A stretch of 64,000 nt of DNA from Longimicrobiales bacterium (lineage in GTDB: Bacteria; Gemmatimonadota; Gemmatimonadetes; Longimicrobiales; Gaopeijiaceae), in contig OZ241892.1 in assembly GCA_965203485.1 (NCBI GenBank), positions 512,001 to 576,000 of the forward strand, read 5' to 3'. Below the pieces are notes generated by a model. It searched no databases. It had not been told where the DNA came from and worked only from the letters and a program-made list of their open reading frames with translations. The stretch's first letter is position 1; every line of letters begins with the position of its first letter. Positions 32,396 to 46,709 of the stretch are shown here, piece after piece. Both the position numbers and the translations under genes were made by a program.

Positions 32396-35300
32396 ATGAT
32401 TGACTTCGCCCGCAGGGAGGAGCGGCCGCGGGAGTTCGACTCGATCCGCGTGCGGCTGGCGTCGCCGGAGGAGATCCGGGGGTGGTCGCGTGGGGAAGTG
32501 ACAAAGCCGGAGACGATCAACTACAGGTCGTACAAGCCGGAACCGAACGGACTGTTTTGCCAGCGCGTGTTCGGCCCGGAGAAGGACTGGCGGTGCGCGT
32601 GTGGGAAGTACGACCGCATTCGCTACCGCGGCATGATCTGCGACAAGTGCGGAGTCGAAGTCACGGTTGCGCGCGTTCGCCGCGAGCGCATGGGCCACAT
32701 CGAGCTGGCAGTGCCCGTGTGCCACATCTGGTTCTACAAGACATTGCCCAGCCAGATGGGCTACTTGCTGGACATGACGCTCAGGGACCTCGAGCGGCTC
32801 ATCTACTACGCCACTTTCGTCGTGACCAACCCTGGCAAGGCCGAGCGGCACTACCAGAACACGATGATCGTGTACGACGACGGCGAAAAGGAATACGTGG
32901 TTTCGCCCGTGGGGGAGCGCATCGTGGTCACGTACCCCGAAGGTTGGGACGCGGCGGCCAAGGCTCCACGGATCCGATTTGCTCAGTCGGAGGGCCGGGA
33001 CGGCCGCCTTGCCGAGGAGAAAGACGAGCCCGCCGACTTGGCCGATGCTCATGAACCCGTGTTTGTCCACAGGACGAAGAAGAAGGCCGTCAGGTTCGTC
33101 GAGACGGAGAAGGTCACGGAGAAGATTGCGTACTTGGAGCTCTTGTCCGAGGACGAGGTCTACGACTTGCAGGCGCAGGCCGCCTTGGAAGGCGACGGCG
33201 ACTTCAAGGCGGAGACGGGCGCGGAGGCGGTTCGGACGTTGCTTAAGCAGCTCGACTCGCCGGAACTGGCGGTTCGCGACAGGAACAAGGACGGACGCGG
33301 CCTGGACCGGTTGGCGGCGTGGTTGCGCAACGAGGTGGAGACTGAGACGTCGCAGCACCGCAAGCGCAAGAAGCTGAAGCGGCTCAAGATCGTGGACGCG
33401 TTCCGGGGCTCGGGCAACACGCAGGACAAGCGCAACAAGCCGGAGTGGATGGTGCTGGAGGCGATTCCGGTTCTCCCGCCGGACATTCGTCCGCTGGTCC
33501 CGCTGGACGGCGGGCGGTTCGCCACGTCGGACATGAACGACCTGTACCGCCGGGTCATCAACCGCAACAACCGGCTGAAGAAGCTGATAGACCTGGGCTC
33601 GCCCGAGGTGATCCTGCGCAACGAGAAGCGGATGCTGCAAGAATCCGTGGACGCGCTGTTCGACAACGGCAGGAGAGCGAAGCCGCTCCGCGGCCGTGGC
33701 AAGCGGCCGCTGAAGTCCCTCACCGACAACCTGAAGGGCAAGCAGGGACGGTTTCGGCAGAATTTGCTGGGCAAGCGGGTGGACTACTCGGGCCGTTCGG
33801 TGATCGTGGTGGGCCCGGAGCTCAAGCTGCACCAGTGCGGGCTGCCGAAGGCGATGGCGGTGGAGCTGTTCAAGCCGTTCGTCATTCACGAGCTCGAGAA
33901 GCGGGGCGAGGCGGAGACGGTCAAGCAGGCCAAGGTGCTGGTGGAGGCGGGACATCCGAGCGTGTATGAGGTGCTCGAGGACATCATCCGCGACCATCCG
34001 GTCTTGCTGAACCGCGCGCCGACGCTTCACCGGTTGGGCATTCAGGCGTTCGAACCGGTGCTGGTCGAGGGCAAGGCGATCCGCATTCATCCGCTCGTGT
34101 GCGCGGCGTTCAACGCCGACTTCGACGGCGACGCGATGGCAGTGCACGTGCCGTTGTCCTTCGAGGCGCAGATGGAGGCGCGGGTCCTGATGCTGTCGAG
34201 CAACAACCTGTTGCTGCCGGCGAACGGAAATCCGGTGACTGCGCCGACGCAGGACATGGTGATCGGGTGCTACTACTTGACGAAGCCGCCATACGACGTC
34301 GCGGTCTTGGAGCAGCGCGTCCGCAACCCCAACACGCCGGAGGCGGTGCGGGCCAAGGCGCAGGCCGAGTTCGACGCGCGCTACGCGAGCGGCCGGAGGT
34401 TCTCTTCGTACGGCGAGATCGAGGCGCTGCTCGAGCAAGGCCGGGTGAAGTTCCGCGATCCGTGCTGGTTCTGGTCTCCGGACTGGGACGCCGACGCGGG
34501 GTCTGGCGCCGGCGGGCCCGGCTGGATCCCCACGACGGTGGGCCGGGTGCTGTTCAACTCGATCATTCCGGCGCCGGTCGGATTCATCAACGAGACGTTC
34601 CGCAAGAGGGAGCTGACGGGCCTCGTGAAGAAGTGCTTCACGGACGCGGGCTTGGCCGAGACGACGCGCTTCCTGGACCATCTCAAGGACTTCGGCTTCC
34701 GTTGCGCGACGATCGGCGGCATATCGGTGGGCGTGGACGATCTCGAAGTGCCGCGGCAGAAGTCCGAAGTGCTGGAAGAGGCGGACGCCGACGTTGCGCG
34801 CTTCCAGGCGGCGTACGAAGACGGCGTGATCTCGGACGGCGAGCGCTACAACAAGATCATCGACACGTGGACGCATGCGAACAACGACGTGGCGGACGCG
34901 ATGGTGGGGCGCTTGGACCGGTCGAAGGGCGGTTTCAACCCGGTGTTCATGATGATGGACTCGGGTGCGCGAGGGAACCGCGACCAAATGCGCCAGCTCG
35001 CGGGCATGAGGGGACTGATGGCCAAGCCTCAGAAGAAGCTGACGGGCGGCCAGGGCGAGATCATCGAGAGTCCGATCAAGTCGAACTTCCGCGAAGGGCT
35101 GACGGTGCTCGAGTACTTCATTTCGACGCACGGCGCGCGCAAGGGCTTGGCCGACACGGCGCTGAAGACGGCGGACGCGGGCTACCTCACGCGGCGGCTG
35201 GTCGACGTGGCGCAGGACGTGACGATCACCGAGCCCGACTGCGGCACGGTGCTGGGGCTCGACGTGGGCGCGCTCAACGAGGGCGAGGACGTGATCGAGC

Positions 35301-37180
35301 CGCTCAAGGAGCGGATCGAAGGCAACGTGGCGGCGGACGACGTGTTCGACCCGGCCTCGGGCGAGTTGCTGCTCGAGGCGAACCAGCTGATCACGGAAGA
35401 CATCGCGGGCGCCATCGAGGGCGCGGGCATTCCGACGGTCAGAATTCGCTCGGCGCTCACGTGCGAAAGCAAGAAGGGACTGTGCCAGCTGTGCTACGGC
35501 CGCAACTTGGCGACGATGGAGATGGTCGACATCGGCGAGGCGGTGGGGGTCATGGCCGCGCAGTCGATCGGCGAACCCGGCACTCAGCTCACTCTCCGCA
35601 CGTTTCACTTCGGCGGATCGGGAAGCAGGGCGGTGCGAACCGAAGTCAAGTCTCCGGCGGCGGGAATCGTCGGCCTCGAGCGCGTCTCGACCGTGGAAGA
35701 CCGCGACGGGCGGCGCATCGTCACGTCCAAGGACGGACGCATCGTGGTCAAGACGAGCCATGGCCAGGTCGGAGGGAGCGTGCTGGTTCCCTACGGGGCG
35801 GTCATCGCCGTCGAGGAAGGCAAGCCGGTACGGGACGGCGACCCGCTCTTCAGCCAGGACCCGCACTCCGAGCCGATCGTGAACGACGTGACGGGCGTCG
35901 TGCACTTCACGGACATCGTGGACGGCCGGACCTTGCGAGAGGAGCTCGACGAGGTCACCGGACGACGCCAGCGCACGATCATCGAAGATCGCGACAAGAA
36001 GCTCCACCCGGTGGTCGGGATTCGGGCAGGCAAGTCGCCCAAGAGCGAGTTGCTCAAGGAGTTCATCATTCCGGTCGGCGCCCAGTTGCGCTGCACCAAC
36101 GGCAGCAAGGAGTTCGCCGGCGGTCTGATCGCCACGATTCCGCGCAGCGAGAGCCGGGTGGGCGACATCACGGTCGGCCTGCCCAGGGTTTCCGAGCTGT
36201 TCGAGGCGCGCAAGCCCAAGGACCCGGCCTTCCTCACCGAAATCGACGGCGTGGTGTCGTTCGGCGACATCAAGCGCGGCAAGCGCGAAGTGTTCGTCAC
36301 GCCTTGGGGGCAAGGAAGCCAGGAGACCTACGAGGTGCCTGCCCGCAAGCACTTGCGCGTGCACCAGGGCGACCACGTTCGGGCCGGCGACAGGCTGTCG
36401 GACGGGCCGGTCGACCCGCACGACATCCTGCAGATCAAGGGCGCCCGCGCCGTGCAGGGGTACCTCTTCGACGAGATCCGCAAGGTCTACAGCCTTCAGG
36501 GCGTCACGATCAACGACAAGCACATCGCGGTCATCGTGCGCCAGATGCTTCGCAAGGTGAAGGTCAAGCACCCCGGCGACACCGATCTGCTCGAAGGAGA
36601 CGCGGTGGACCGCGACGAGTTTCGCCGGGTCAACGACGAGGCCGTCAAGCAGGGCCGAAGGCCGGCCCGTTCGGAGCCCATGTTGCTCGGCGTCACCAAG
36701 ACCAGCCTGCAGACGAAGTCGTTCGTCTCGGCGGCGTCCTTCCAGGAGACGACGAAGGTGCTGACCGACGCCGCCGTGCGCGGTGCGCAGGATCCGCTCA
36801 AGGGCCTCAAGGAGAACATCGTAATCGGCCGCTTGATCCCCGCTGGGACGGGGATCCACAGCTGGGCCGAGGTGGACTTCGAAGTCGAGACCGAGTTCTA
36901 CGAGGACGAGATCCTGCCGCTGACGGCCTTCGAAACCGACTTGTCCGAGCCGGTCTTCTCGGCGGATACGGCGATGCCCCAGAGCGAGGACGACATACTG
37001 GACCGGCTCTCGCGGCAACCCGATGTTGTCGCGGACGGACTTCCGGCGGAGTCGTCGGAGAGCAAGGTAGACGCGATCGTAGCCGCCGCCATGGCAGGGC
37101 GCGAGGCGTCTTCCGGCGCCGAGCCGGCCGGCGGGGCTCCCGCGACCGAGGACCCAGCCGCCGAGGAGACCGGCTCGTGA
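32396..37180 (+). CDS. rpoC: RNA polymerase subunit beta'
   Basis: [52 protein letters not shown]. Confidence 0.98.
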   Translation: MIDFARREERPREFDSIRVRLASPEEIRGWSRGEVTKPETINYRSYKPEPNGLFCQRVFGPEKDWRCACGKYDRIRYRGMICDKCGVEVTVARVRRERMGHIELAVPVCHIWFYKTLPSQMGYLLDMTLRDLERLIYYATFVVTNPGKAERHYQNTMIVYDDGEKEYVVSPVGERIVVTYPEGWDAAAKAPRIRFAQSEGRDGRLAEEKDEPADLADAHEPVFVHRTKKKAVRFVETEKVTEKIAYLELLSEDEVYDLQAQAALEGDGDFKAETGAEAVRTLLKQLDSPELAVRDRNKDGRGLDRLAAWLRNEVETETSQHRKRKKLKRLKIVDAFRGSGNTQDKRNKPEWMVLEAIPVLPPDIRPLVPLDGGRFATSDMNDLYRRVINRNNRLKKLIDLGSPEVILRNEKRMLQESVDALFDNGRRAKPLRGRGKRPLKSLTDNLKGKQGRFRQNLLGKRVDYSGRSVIVVGPELKLHQCGLPKAMAVELFKPFVIHELEKRGEAETVKQAKVLVEAGHPSVYEVLEDIIRDHPVLLNRAPTLHRLGIQAFEPVLVEGKAIRIHPLVCAAFNADFDGDAMAVHVPLSFEAQMEARVLMLSSNNLLLPANGNPVTAPTQDMVIGCYYLTKPPYDVAVLEQRVRNPNTPEAVRAKAQAEFDARYASGRRFSSYGEIEALLEQGRVKFRDPCWFWSPDWDADAGSGAGGPGWIPTTVGRVLFNSIIPAPVGFINETFRKRELTGLVKKCFTDAGLAETTRFLDHLKDFGFRCATIGGISVGVDDLEVPRQKSEVLEEADADVARFQAAYEDGVISDGERYNKIIDTWTHANNDVADAMVGRLDRSKGGFNPVFMMMDSGARGNRDQMRQLAGMRGLMAKPQKKLTGGQGEIIESPIKSNFREGLTVLEYFISTHGARKGLADTALKTADAGYLTRRLVDVAQDVTITEPDCGTVLGLDVGALNEGEDVIEPLKERIEGNVAADDVFDPASGELLLEANQLITEDIAGAIEGAGIPTVRIRSALTCESKKGLCQLCYGRNLATMEMVDIGEAVGVMAAQSIGEPGTQLTLRTFHFGGSGSRAVRTEVKSPAAGIVGLERVSTVEDRDGRRIVTSKDGRIVVKTSHGQVGGSVLVPYGAVIAVEEGKPVRDGDPLFSQDPHSEPIVNDVTGVVHFTDIVDGRTLREELDEVTGRRQRTIIEDRDKKLHPVVGIRAGKSPKSELLKEFIIPVGAQLRCTNGSKEFAGGLIATIPRSESRVGDITVGLPRVSELFEARKPKDPAFLTEIDGVVSFGDIKRGKREVFVTPWGQGSQETYEVPARKHLRVHQGDHVRAGDRLSDGPVDPHDILQIKGARAVQGYLFDEIRKVYSLQGVTINDKHIAVIVRQMLRKVKVKHPGDTDLLEGDAVDRDEFRRVNDEAVKQGRRPARSEPMLLGVTKTSLQTKSFVSAASFQETTKVLTDAAVRGAQDPLKGLKENIVIGRLIPAGTGIHSWAEVDFEVETEFYEDEILPLTAFETDLSEPVFSADTAMPQSEDDILDRLSRQPDVVADGLPAESSESKVDAIVAAAMAGREASSGAEPAGGAPATEDPAAEETGS

Positions 37181-37242
37181 GCGTCCGGGCCGGCCGTCGT
37201 TGCGCAACCGGCCTCTCCGGCCAAGCGGCCCGTCTGCCGGAT

Positions 37243-37271
37243 TTGACGAGCCGGGGCGCCGTCGCTATGCT
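37243..37271 (+). promoter_or_regulatory. Putative sigma70 promoter of rpsL-rpsG
   Basis: TTGACG-N17-TATGCT. Confidence 0.7.
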
Positions 37272-37364
37272 TGACGGCTCGTTTCTGCGCGTCGCCGTTC
37301 GCTCGGGCCCCGGCGAACGGAGACCGGCGCACACCATCACTCCGAGAGGTTCGGTTCAGGCGCG

Positions 37365-37736
37365 ATGCCCACGGTAAACCAGCTCCTGCGGAAGGGCCGC
37401 AAGCGCCATTCCAAGAAGACCAAGTCGCCCGCCCTGCAGCGAAATCCGCAAAAAAGGGGCGTCTGCACGCGGGTCTACACCACGACGCCCAAGAAGCCCA
37501 ACTCGGCGTTGCGCAAGGTGGCGCGCGTCCGTCTCACCAACGGCCACGAGGTGACGGCCTACATCGGGGGCGAGGGACACAACCTCCAGGAGCACTCGAT
37601 CGTCCTGATCCGCGGCGGCCGCGTGCGCGATCTGCCCGGCGTGCGCTACCACGTCGTTCGGGGGACGCTGGACGCTGCCGGGGTCGGGGAACGCAAGCAG
37701 GGACGCTCCAAGTACGGAGCCAAGCGGCCGAAGTAG
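37365..37736 (+). CDS. rpsL: 30S ribosomal protein S12
   Basis: [23 protein letters not shown]. Confidence 0.99.
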   Translation: MPTVNQLLRKGRKRHSKKTKSPALQRNPQKRGVCTRVYTTTPKKPNSALRKVARVRLTNGHEVTAYIGGEGHNLQEHSIVLIRGGRVRDLPGVRYHVVRGTLDAAGVGERKQGRSKYGAKRPK

Positions 37737-37757
37737 GCCCGGGACACGAGCAACCGC

Positions 37758-38228
37758 ATGAGTCGCCGCAGCAGGGCCGTCCGCCGCGAGATTCCCGACG
37801 ATCCGCGCTACGGATCGCAAGTCGCCCAGAAGTTCATCAACGGACTCATGTTGAACGGCAACAAGTCCCTTGCCGAGCGCATCTTCTACGACGCCATGGC
37901 CATGGTCGAGGAGAAGTCCGGCCAGCCCGCCATCGGCGTGTTCACCCAAGCGCTGACCAACGCGAAGCCGGCGTTGGAGGTCAAGAGTCGGCGAGTCGGC
38001 GGAGCCACGTACCAAGTGCCGATCGAAGTGCGTCCGGAGCGGCGTCAAGCTCTCGCGATCAAGTGGCTGATCGGATTCGCGCGCAACCGCGGAGAGCGCA
38101 CCATGGCCGAACGCTTGGCCGGCGAGTTGCTCGCGGCGGGCCGCGGCGAGGGCGCCACGGTGAAGAAGAAGGACGACACGCACCGCATGGCGGAGGCCAA
38201 CAAGGCGTTCGCCCACTACCGCTGGTAG
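37758..38228 (+). CDS. rpsG: 30S ribosomal protein S7
   Basis: [30 protein letters not shown]. Confidence 0.99.
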   Translation: MSRRSRAVRREIPDDPRYGSQVAQKFINGLMLNGNKSLAERIFYDAMAMVEEKSGQPAIGVFTQALTNAKPALEVKSRRVGGATYQVPIEVRPERRQALAIKWLIGFARNRGERTMAERLAGELLAAGRGEGATVKKKDDTHRMAEANKAFAHYRW

Positions 38229-38288
38229 CCTCCCGGCGGCCGAACGCGACTGCGAGCCGGGAGCGCCGCCGCTAGTTCGCCGTCTCCG

Positions 38289-40820
38289 TCAATGCTTCGG
38301 CGTGAGCGTCCACCGCTCCGCAACCACCGACTCGACGCGCTCCCGGGAGTAGAAGACCGGGAAGTACTGGTCGGCGGCCCAGAGTTCGAAGAGGTTGCGG
38401 TAGAACGGCGAGTCCGGATCGCCGGACTGGCCGGGGGCGTTGGCGCCGAGCGTGCGGTCCCAGTCGCCGGTGTCCACGATGATCCGAAACGAGGCGCCCG
38501 AAATCTGGTTGTCTCGGTTGCCCGTGTTGTTGAGCGTGTAGCTGTTTCCGCCTCGCGGCGCGGGCCCGACGGACAGGCGCCCGGCCAGCGCGTCCGGCAC
38601 GGCGCCCGAAAGAGGATGGCGGATCGTCGCGTGCTTGTAGGCTGGTTGCCCGTAGCGCCACGCCCTCACGTCGTCGCCCAGCTTGGTCTCCAGGTCGCGG
38701 ACGGCTTCCTCCAGGCTGCGGGCCAGGAGCGCGTCGCGCGCCGCCACGGGGTCCGGGCCAAACTGCTCTCCCGGCGTCTGCAAATGCGCCAGGATCTTGC
38801 TCATCGCCATGCCCCGCAGGAAGCGGCGGACGGCGCCTGCGGGCGCGACGGCATCGTAGACGTTGCGTTGCACTCGCCGCTCGAACGCCACGTAGATGCC
38901 CGCCGCGACCGATCCGGGCGCGAGCGCGAAGTCCCACTCCAGCAGGCGCCGGCGAGCCTCCGCCGCGGCGGGCATGCGCGGCTCCACGCGGCCGAGCATC
39001 GGCGCCAGCGCGCGCGCCGGCAACGACACGTAGTCGGTCTGGAGCTCGGCCATGTCCTCCAAGGAGTGGCGGCGGCCCGAGTCCAGCACCTCCGACGCCC
39101 GGCTCCACCGGTACGGATCCGACCATTCCCACCCGATTGCGTCCCGGTGAGGGTAGTCCGGCGGCGTCAGATGGTTGTTTGCGGTAGCGAAGAATCCTTC
39201 GGGGGGATTGAGCGCGCTGGGCTTGGCCGGAATCGGCAGGTAGCCGTCCCATTCGTAGCGGCCGTCGCCCGGAACCGGGACCAAGCCCGACCAGTTCCGC
39301 CGGACGGGCGCGATTCCCACGGCCTGCCAGCCGATGTTTCCGTCGCGATCGGCCCAGACCATGTTCTCGCCGGGGATGTTCGAGTAGCTGCACGCCTCGA
39401 CGAACTCCGCCCACGTCCTGGCTTGGTCCATGCGCAGGCTGGCCAGGTACGGGGCTCCCCCGGGCTCCAGCCACGCCGCCCGAACCGCGTAGGCCACGTG
39501 GTTCTCCGGATCCTCGTGCACCACGGGACCGTGGCGGGTGTACCTGAGCTCGGCTTGGTGCGCCGCCTGTCCCTTCACGGGGATGTCTTCGACGATGACC
39601 GTCATCTCTTCCCACCCGTCGCCGTATCGGTAGCGGTTGGGATCGGCGGGATCCGTTCGATACACGTAGAGGTCCTCGCCGTCGGTTCTGAAGACCGTCA
39701 GGCCCCACGCCCCGTAACCGTTGTGGCCGATGCTCACTCCCGGGATTTCAGGCTCGCCCGCGCCGATCACGTTCCAACCCGGGCCCACCAAGTGCACCCA
39801 GTACCGCAGCGACGGCGCAGACTGTGCGCGGTGCGGATCGTTGGCCATCATCGGAAAGCCGCTTTCCGCGAGCCGCCCGCTGACCACCCAGTTGTTCGAG
39901 CCCGTGCTCTCGCGGTCGCCGCCGCGCCAGGCGCCGGCGAGCCCGCTCTCCGAGCCCGTCTCGCCGATGCCGGCCGCCGCGCCGGCGCCAGCTCCGCCGT
40001 CCAGCAGCGCCCGTGCCGCGTCGCCGCCGCGATGCTCCGGCGCCAGGTGCTCCGGCCGAAAGCGGATCGGCCCCCTGAACGCGTTGTACAATCTGAGGAT
40101 GTCGGCATTCAGCAAGGTGCCGTCGATCGCCGGATCCAGCTCGATATCCGGGTCTCCGGGGTGGAAGTTGGCGACCTGCTTGACGGCTTGGCTGCCGGCG
40201 GCGGCGACGGCCCGGCCGTAGTTGAGTTCCGCGCCGATGTTGCCCAGCAGTCCTTGGTGGCGGGAGATCACTACCTCCGGCGTCCACGGCTGGGGCCGGA
40301 TTCCCAGCAGGTCGAACTCGACGGGCAGCAGCGACGGGTCGGCCTCGGTTTGCCGTATCCAAGCGTTCACGCCTTCCACGTAGGCCGAAATGATCTCCGA
40401 TCCCCGGTCGTGGTAGTGGTTCGTCTCCTCCGTCATGTCGCCCCGGTACTTGAAGAGCCGGAAGCCGACATCGCGCTCGATCTCCGACGGCCCCAGCATT
40501 TGGGCCGCCGTCCCGGTTGCCTGGGCGCGCCACACCTCGAACTGGAAGAGGCGGTCCCGCGCCGCGGCGTAGCCCTGCGCGAAGAACAAGTCGTGCTCCG
40601 TTTCCGCGTAGATGTGATTGATGCCCCAACGGTCGCGAAGAATCTCCACCGGCGCCTGCAAGCCCGAGACCGCGACGCGCCTCTCCGGCGACGCTTGCTC
40701 GCGGCCGTCGCCTTCCTGGGCGACTCCGCCTCCGGCGTGGCTGCCCGCAAGGGCGGCCGAGACGGCCAGCGCCTGGATCGCGCGCACGGCGGCGGAACGA
40801 GAATCGACCTTGGCCTTCAT
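38289..40820 (-). CDS. Penicillin acylase family (S45) Ntn-hydrolase, secreted
   Basis: RDRWGINHIYA, FAQGYAAARDRLFQ, G-SNNWVV (catalytic Ser), MANDPH, TRHGP, PGQSGDP.SP.Y; signal-like N-terminus. Confidence 0.93.
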   Translation of the reverse strand: MKAKVDSRSAAVRAIQALAVSAALAGSHAGGGVAQEGDGREQASPERRVAVSGLQAPVEILRDRWGINHIYAETEHDLFFAQGYAAARDRLFQFEVWRAQATGTAAQMLGPSEIERDVGFRLFKYRGDMTEETNHYHDRGSEIISAYVEGVNAWIRQTEADPSLLPVEFDLLGIRPQPWTPEVVISRHQGLLGNIGAELNYGRAVAAAGSQAVKQVANFHPGDPDIELDPAIDGTLLNADILRLYNAFRGPIRFRPEHLAPEHRGGDAARALLDGGAGAGAAAGIGETGSESGLAGAWRGGDRESTGSNNWVVSGRLAESGFPMMANDPHRAQSAPSLRYWVHLVGPGWNVIGAGEPEIPGVSIGHNGYGAWGLTVFRTDGEDLYVYRTDPADPNRYRYGDGWEEMTVIVEDIPVKGQAAHQAELRYTRHGPVVHEDPENHVAYAVRAAWLEPGGAPYLASLRMDQARTWAEFVEACSYSNIPGENMVWADRDGNIGWQAVGIAPVRRNWSGLVPVPGDGRYEWDGYLPIPAKPSALNPPEGFFATANNHLTPPDYPHRDAIGWEWSDPYRWSRASEVLDSGRRHSLEDMAELQTDYVSLPARALAPMLGRVEPRMPAAAEARRRLLEWDFALAPGSVAAGIYVAFERRVQRNVYDAVAPAGAVRRFLRGMAMSKILAHLQTPGEQFGPDPVAARDALLARSLEEAVRDLETKLGDDVRAWRYGQPAYKHATIRHPLSGAVPDALAGRLSVGPAPRGGNSYTLNNTGNRDNQISGASFRIIVDTGDWDRTLGANAPGQSGDPDSPFYRNLFELWAADQYFPVFYSRERVESVVAERWTLTPKH

Positions 40821-41061
40821 GCGAGTTCTTCCTTGTGGAGTCTGCGTGGGCGCGCCGCGCGCAGGCCGGCGGCGCTTGGCGCACCATCGGAACCGGGTCG
40901 TGCTCCGTCCCCGCCAAGCTAGGCCCCGGCCCACGGTGAAGCGAGCGTCCGCCCGCGACTCCGGCCCCCGCTTGGTCGTCCTCCGCGCCGTCGCCAGCCG
41001 CCTCGTGTGCCGCCGCGTCCGCTTTGCGCCCGCGCCCTTCGAGCGCGGCGCGTGCCGCCCG

Positions 41062-41090
41062 TTGACGCGGGAAGCCGCCCGTGCTACCGT
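41062..41090 (+). promoter_or_regulatory. Putative sigma70 promoter of fusA-tuf-S10
   Basis: TTGACG-N17-TACCGT with an extended -10 TG. Confidence 0.65.
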
Positions 41091-41307
41091 TCTTGGTCTG
41101 TACCAAAAACGGGGAGAAGCCCTCTGGGCCTGTCGGGCGCGCTTGGCCGCCAAGCGCGCCCTTCTTCGGCTTGGAGTCCCCGAAAGAGATTGCGACGCCG
41201 GCAAGCCCGTTGCCAGGTTCGGAACTTCGGGCGTGGCCGTGGCGGTCGCCTCACGAAAGGCCGCCCGTGGCCGCACGACAACGATCAATACGCGAGAACA
41301 CCGTTAG

Positions 41308-43398
<2,091 letters not shown>

Positions 43399-43417
43399 GA
43401 CCGGCGAGGGGGTAGAG

Positions 43418-44608
<1,191 letters not shown>

Positions 44609-44653
44609 CGCCGCGGAACGCGCGGGGGCGAACCCAGGGGAACGGACCGAGCC

Positions 44654-44995
44654 ATGGCAACGAAGACCGACGAGAAGCCGAAGGTGATGGCCGACCGGAT
44701 CCGCATCCGCCTCAAGGCGTTCGATCACTGGGTCGTGGACCAAACCGCCGCCGACATCGTCCGCACGGCGCAGAAGACGGGAGCGACGATCCGGGGCCCG
44801 ATCCCCTTGCCCACGCGCCGCCAGCGGTGGACCGTGTTGCGCTCGCCGCACATCGACAAGAAGAGCCGCGAGCAGTTCGAGTTGCGCACGCACAAGCGCC
44901 TCATCGACATCGTGGAGAGCCGGCCCCAGACGATCGAAGCGCTGACGACGCTGGACCTTCCGGCCGGCGTGGACGTCGAGATCAAGGTGGACTGA
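44654..44995 (+). CDS. rpsJ: 30S ribosomal protein S10
   Basis: [30 protein letters not shown]. The start may be 44687. Confidence 0.97.
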   Translation: MATKTDEKPKVMADRIRIRLKAFDHWVVDQTAADIVRTAQKTGATIRGPIPLPTRRQRWTVLRSPHIDKKSREQFELRTHKRLIDIVESRPQTIEALTTLDLPAGVDVEIKVD

Positions 44996-44997
44996 CG

Positions 44998-45609
44998 GTG
45001 CCCGGACTGATCGGCAAGAAGGTCGGGATGACCCGCATCTACGGCGACGAAGGCGCCGTCGTCCCTGTGACGGTGGTGGAGGCCGGGCCCTGCCGCGTGC
45101 TCCGGGTGAGGCCCGCCGACGGCTGCGACGCCGTGCAGGTGGGCTACGGCGCCAAGAAGACGAAGCGGGCAAGCAAGGCCGAGATCGGCCATGCCGCGAA
45201 GGCCGGCGTGGACGAGGCTCCCCGCCTGATCCGCGAGTTTCGCGCTTCCGGCGGTCAGAAGTACGAGCCGGGCCAGACGCTCACCGTCGAGCTGTTCGAG
45301 GCGGGGGGGCAAGTGCGCGTCACGGGCGTCACCAAGGGGCGGGGCTTCCAAGGCGTCGTGAAGCGGCACGGCTTCAGCGGGCGCCCCGGCTCCCACGGCC
45401 ATCCCATGGCGCGCAACCCCGGCTCGATGGGCCCGGGCACCGATCCCTCCCGTGTCATCAAGGGCAAGAAGCTTCCGGGCCGCATGGGCGGCGCGCGCAA
45501 GACCATTCGCGGCATGTCCGTCGTCCGCGTCGATTCCGCCCGCAACCTGCTGTTCCTTCGGGGCGCCGTTCCCGGGGGGCGCAACAGCTACGTGTTGGTT
45601 CGGAGATAG
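44998..45609 (+). CDS. rplC: 50S ribosomal protein L3
   Basis: [25 protein letters not shown] start. Confidence 0.97.
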   Translation: MPGLIGKKVGMTRIYGDEGAVVPVTVVEAGPCRVLRVRPADGCDAVQVGYGAKKTKRASKAEIGHAAKAGVDEAPRLIREFRASGGQKYEPGQTLTVELFEAGGQVRVTGVTKGRGFQGVVKRHGFSGRPGSHGHPMARNPGSMGPGTDPSRVIKGKKLPGRMGGARKTIRGMSVVRVDSARNLLFLRGAVPGGRNSYVLVRR

Positions 45610-45611
45610 CA

Positions 45612-46394
45612 ATGGCCATGCAGGCGCCCTACGTCAAGGCAGCTGGCGAAGCCGCCGGCGCCGTCGACCTCCCCCCGGCGTATTTCGACGGCAAGGTCAA
45701 CGAGGCCGTCCTCCACCAAGTGGTCAAGGCGCATCTGGCGAACCGCCGCCGCGGCGCCGCCGCCAAGAAGAACAGGGCCGCGGTTGCGGGCGGCAGCCGC
45801 AAGCCGTGGCGGCAGAAGGGCACGGGCCGGGCGCGCCAGGGGACCATTCGCGCCGTGCAGTGGCGGGGCGGGGGACGCGCGTTCCCGCCGCGTCCGCGCT
45901 CGTGGGCCGAGCGCGTGCCCAAGCGCGTCAAGGCGCTGGCCAAGCGCTCCGCCTTCAACAGCCGGGCCGCCGACGGGAGGCTGGTGGTGATCGAGCGCTG
46001 GGATTTCGATACGCCCAAGACGCGCGCGTTGCGGACGCTGCTGGCGAAGCTGGACGTGCCGGGCCGGGTCCTGCTGCTCACGAAGGGCGTCCACCGCGAA
46101 CTCTACTTGTCGAGCCGCAACCTCCCGTCTGCGCGCGTCGTGCCGTTCGGCATGGAGTCCGCCTACGACATCGTGCGGGCAAGCGCCGTCGTCCTCGAGG
46201 AGAGCGTCCTGGCCGGCTTCGCCGCGGATGCTGGCGTCCACGCCGGACCGGCTTCCGCCGAGCCGATCCCTTCCGACGAGGAGCCGGCCCTGTCCCGGGA
46301 CGCGGCCTCTTCCGCCGGGGCCCGGTCCGATGCCGCGGCTCGGGACGAGAACGCGGCCTCTTCCGCCGAGAGGGCGGATGGAGCCGCAGAATGA
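45612..46394 (+). CDS. rplD: 50S ribosomal protein L4 with acidic Ala-rich tail
   Basis: [14 protein letters not shown]. Confidence 0.97.
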   Translation: MAMQAPYVKAAGEAAGAVDLPPAYFDGKVNEAVLHQVVKAHLANRRRGAAAKKNRAAVAGGSRKPWRQKGTGRARQGTIRAVQWRGGGRAFPPRPRSWAERVPKRVKALAKRSAFNSRAADGRLVVIERWDFDTPKTRALRTLLAKLDVPGRVLLLTKGVHRELYLSSRNLPSARVVPFGMESAYDIVRASAVVLEESVLAGFAADAGVHAGPASAEPIPSDEEPALSRDAASSAGARSDAAARDENAASSAERADGAAE

Positions 46395-46702
46395 AGCGCG
46401 AGGCCTACGACGTGATCGTCGCGCCGGTCGTCACCGAGAAGACCACGGCGCAGATGGATCGGAGCCTGTACACGTTCGTCGTCGCCACGAAGGCCAACAA
46501 GCACGAGATCGTGCGTGCGGTGGAGTCGCTGTGGGACGTCAAGGTCAAGGACGTCCGCACCATGCGCTATCCGGGCAGGGCCAAGCGGGCGCTCTTGGGA
46601 CGCATGGCCAAGAACATGAGGATGGGTCGCGTCCCGTCCTACAAGAAGGCCGTCGTGCAACTGGCCGACGGCGACGAAATCGACTTCTACGAGGCGGGGT
46701 GA
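46391..46702 (+). CDS. rplW: 50S ribosomal protein L23
   Basis: [20 protein letters not shown]. Confidence 0.95.
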   Translation: MKREAYDVIVAPVVTEKTTAQMDRSLYTFVVATKANKHEIVRAVESLWDVKVKDVRTMRYPGRAKRALLGRMAKNMRMGRVPSYKKAVVQLADGDEIDFYEAG

Positions 46703-46709
46703 CGAAGCC

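Noticed and set aside
38230..38263. Intrinsic terminator after rpsG (ctcccggc...gccgggag)
   Set aside because: An 8-bp stem exists, but the loop is 18 nt and there is no U-tract on either strand.
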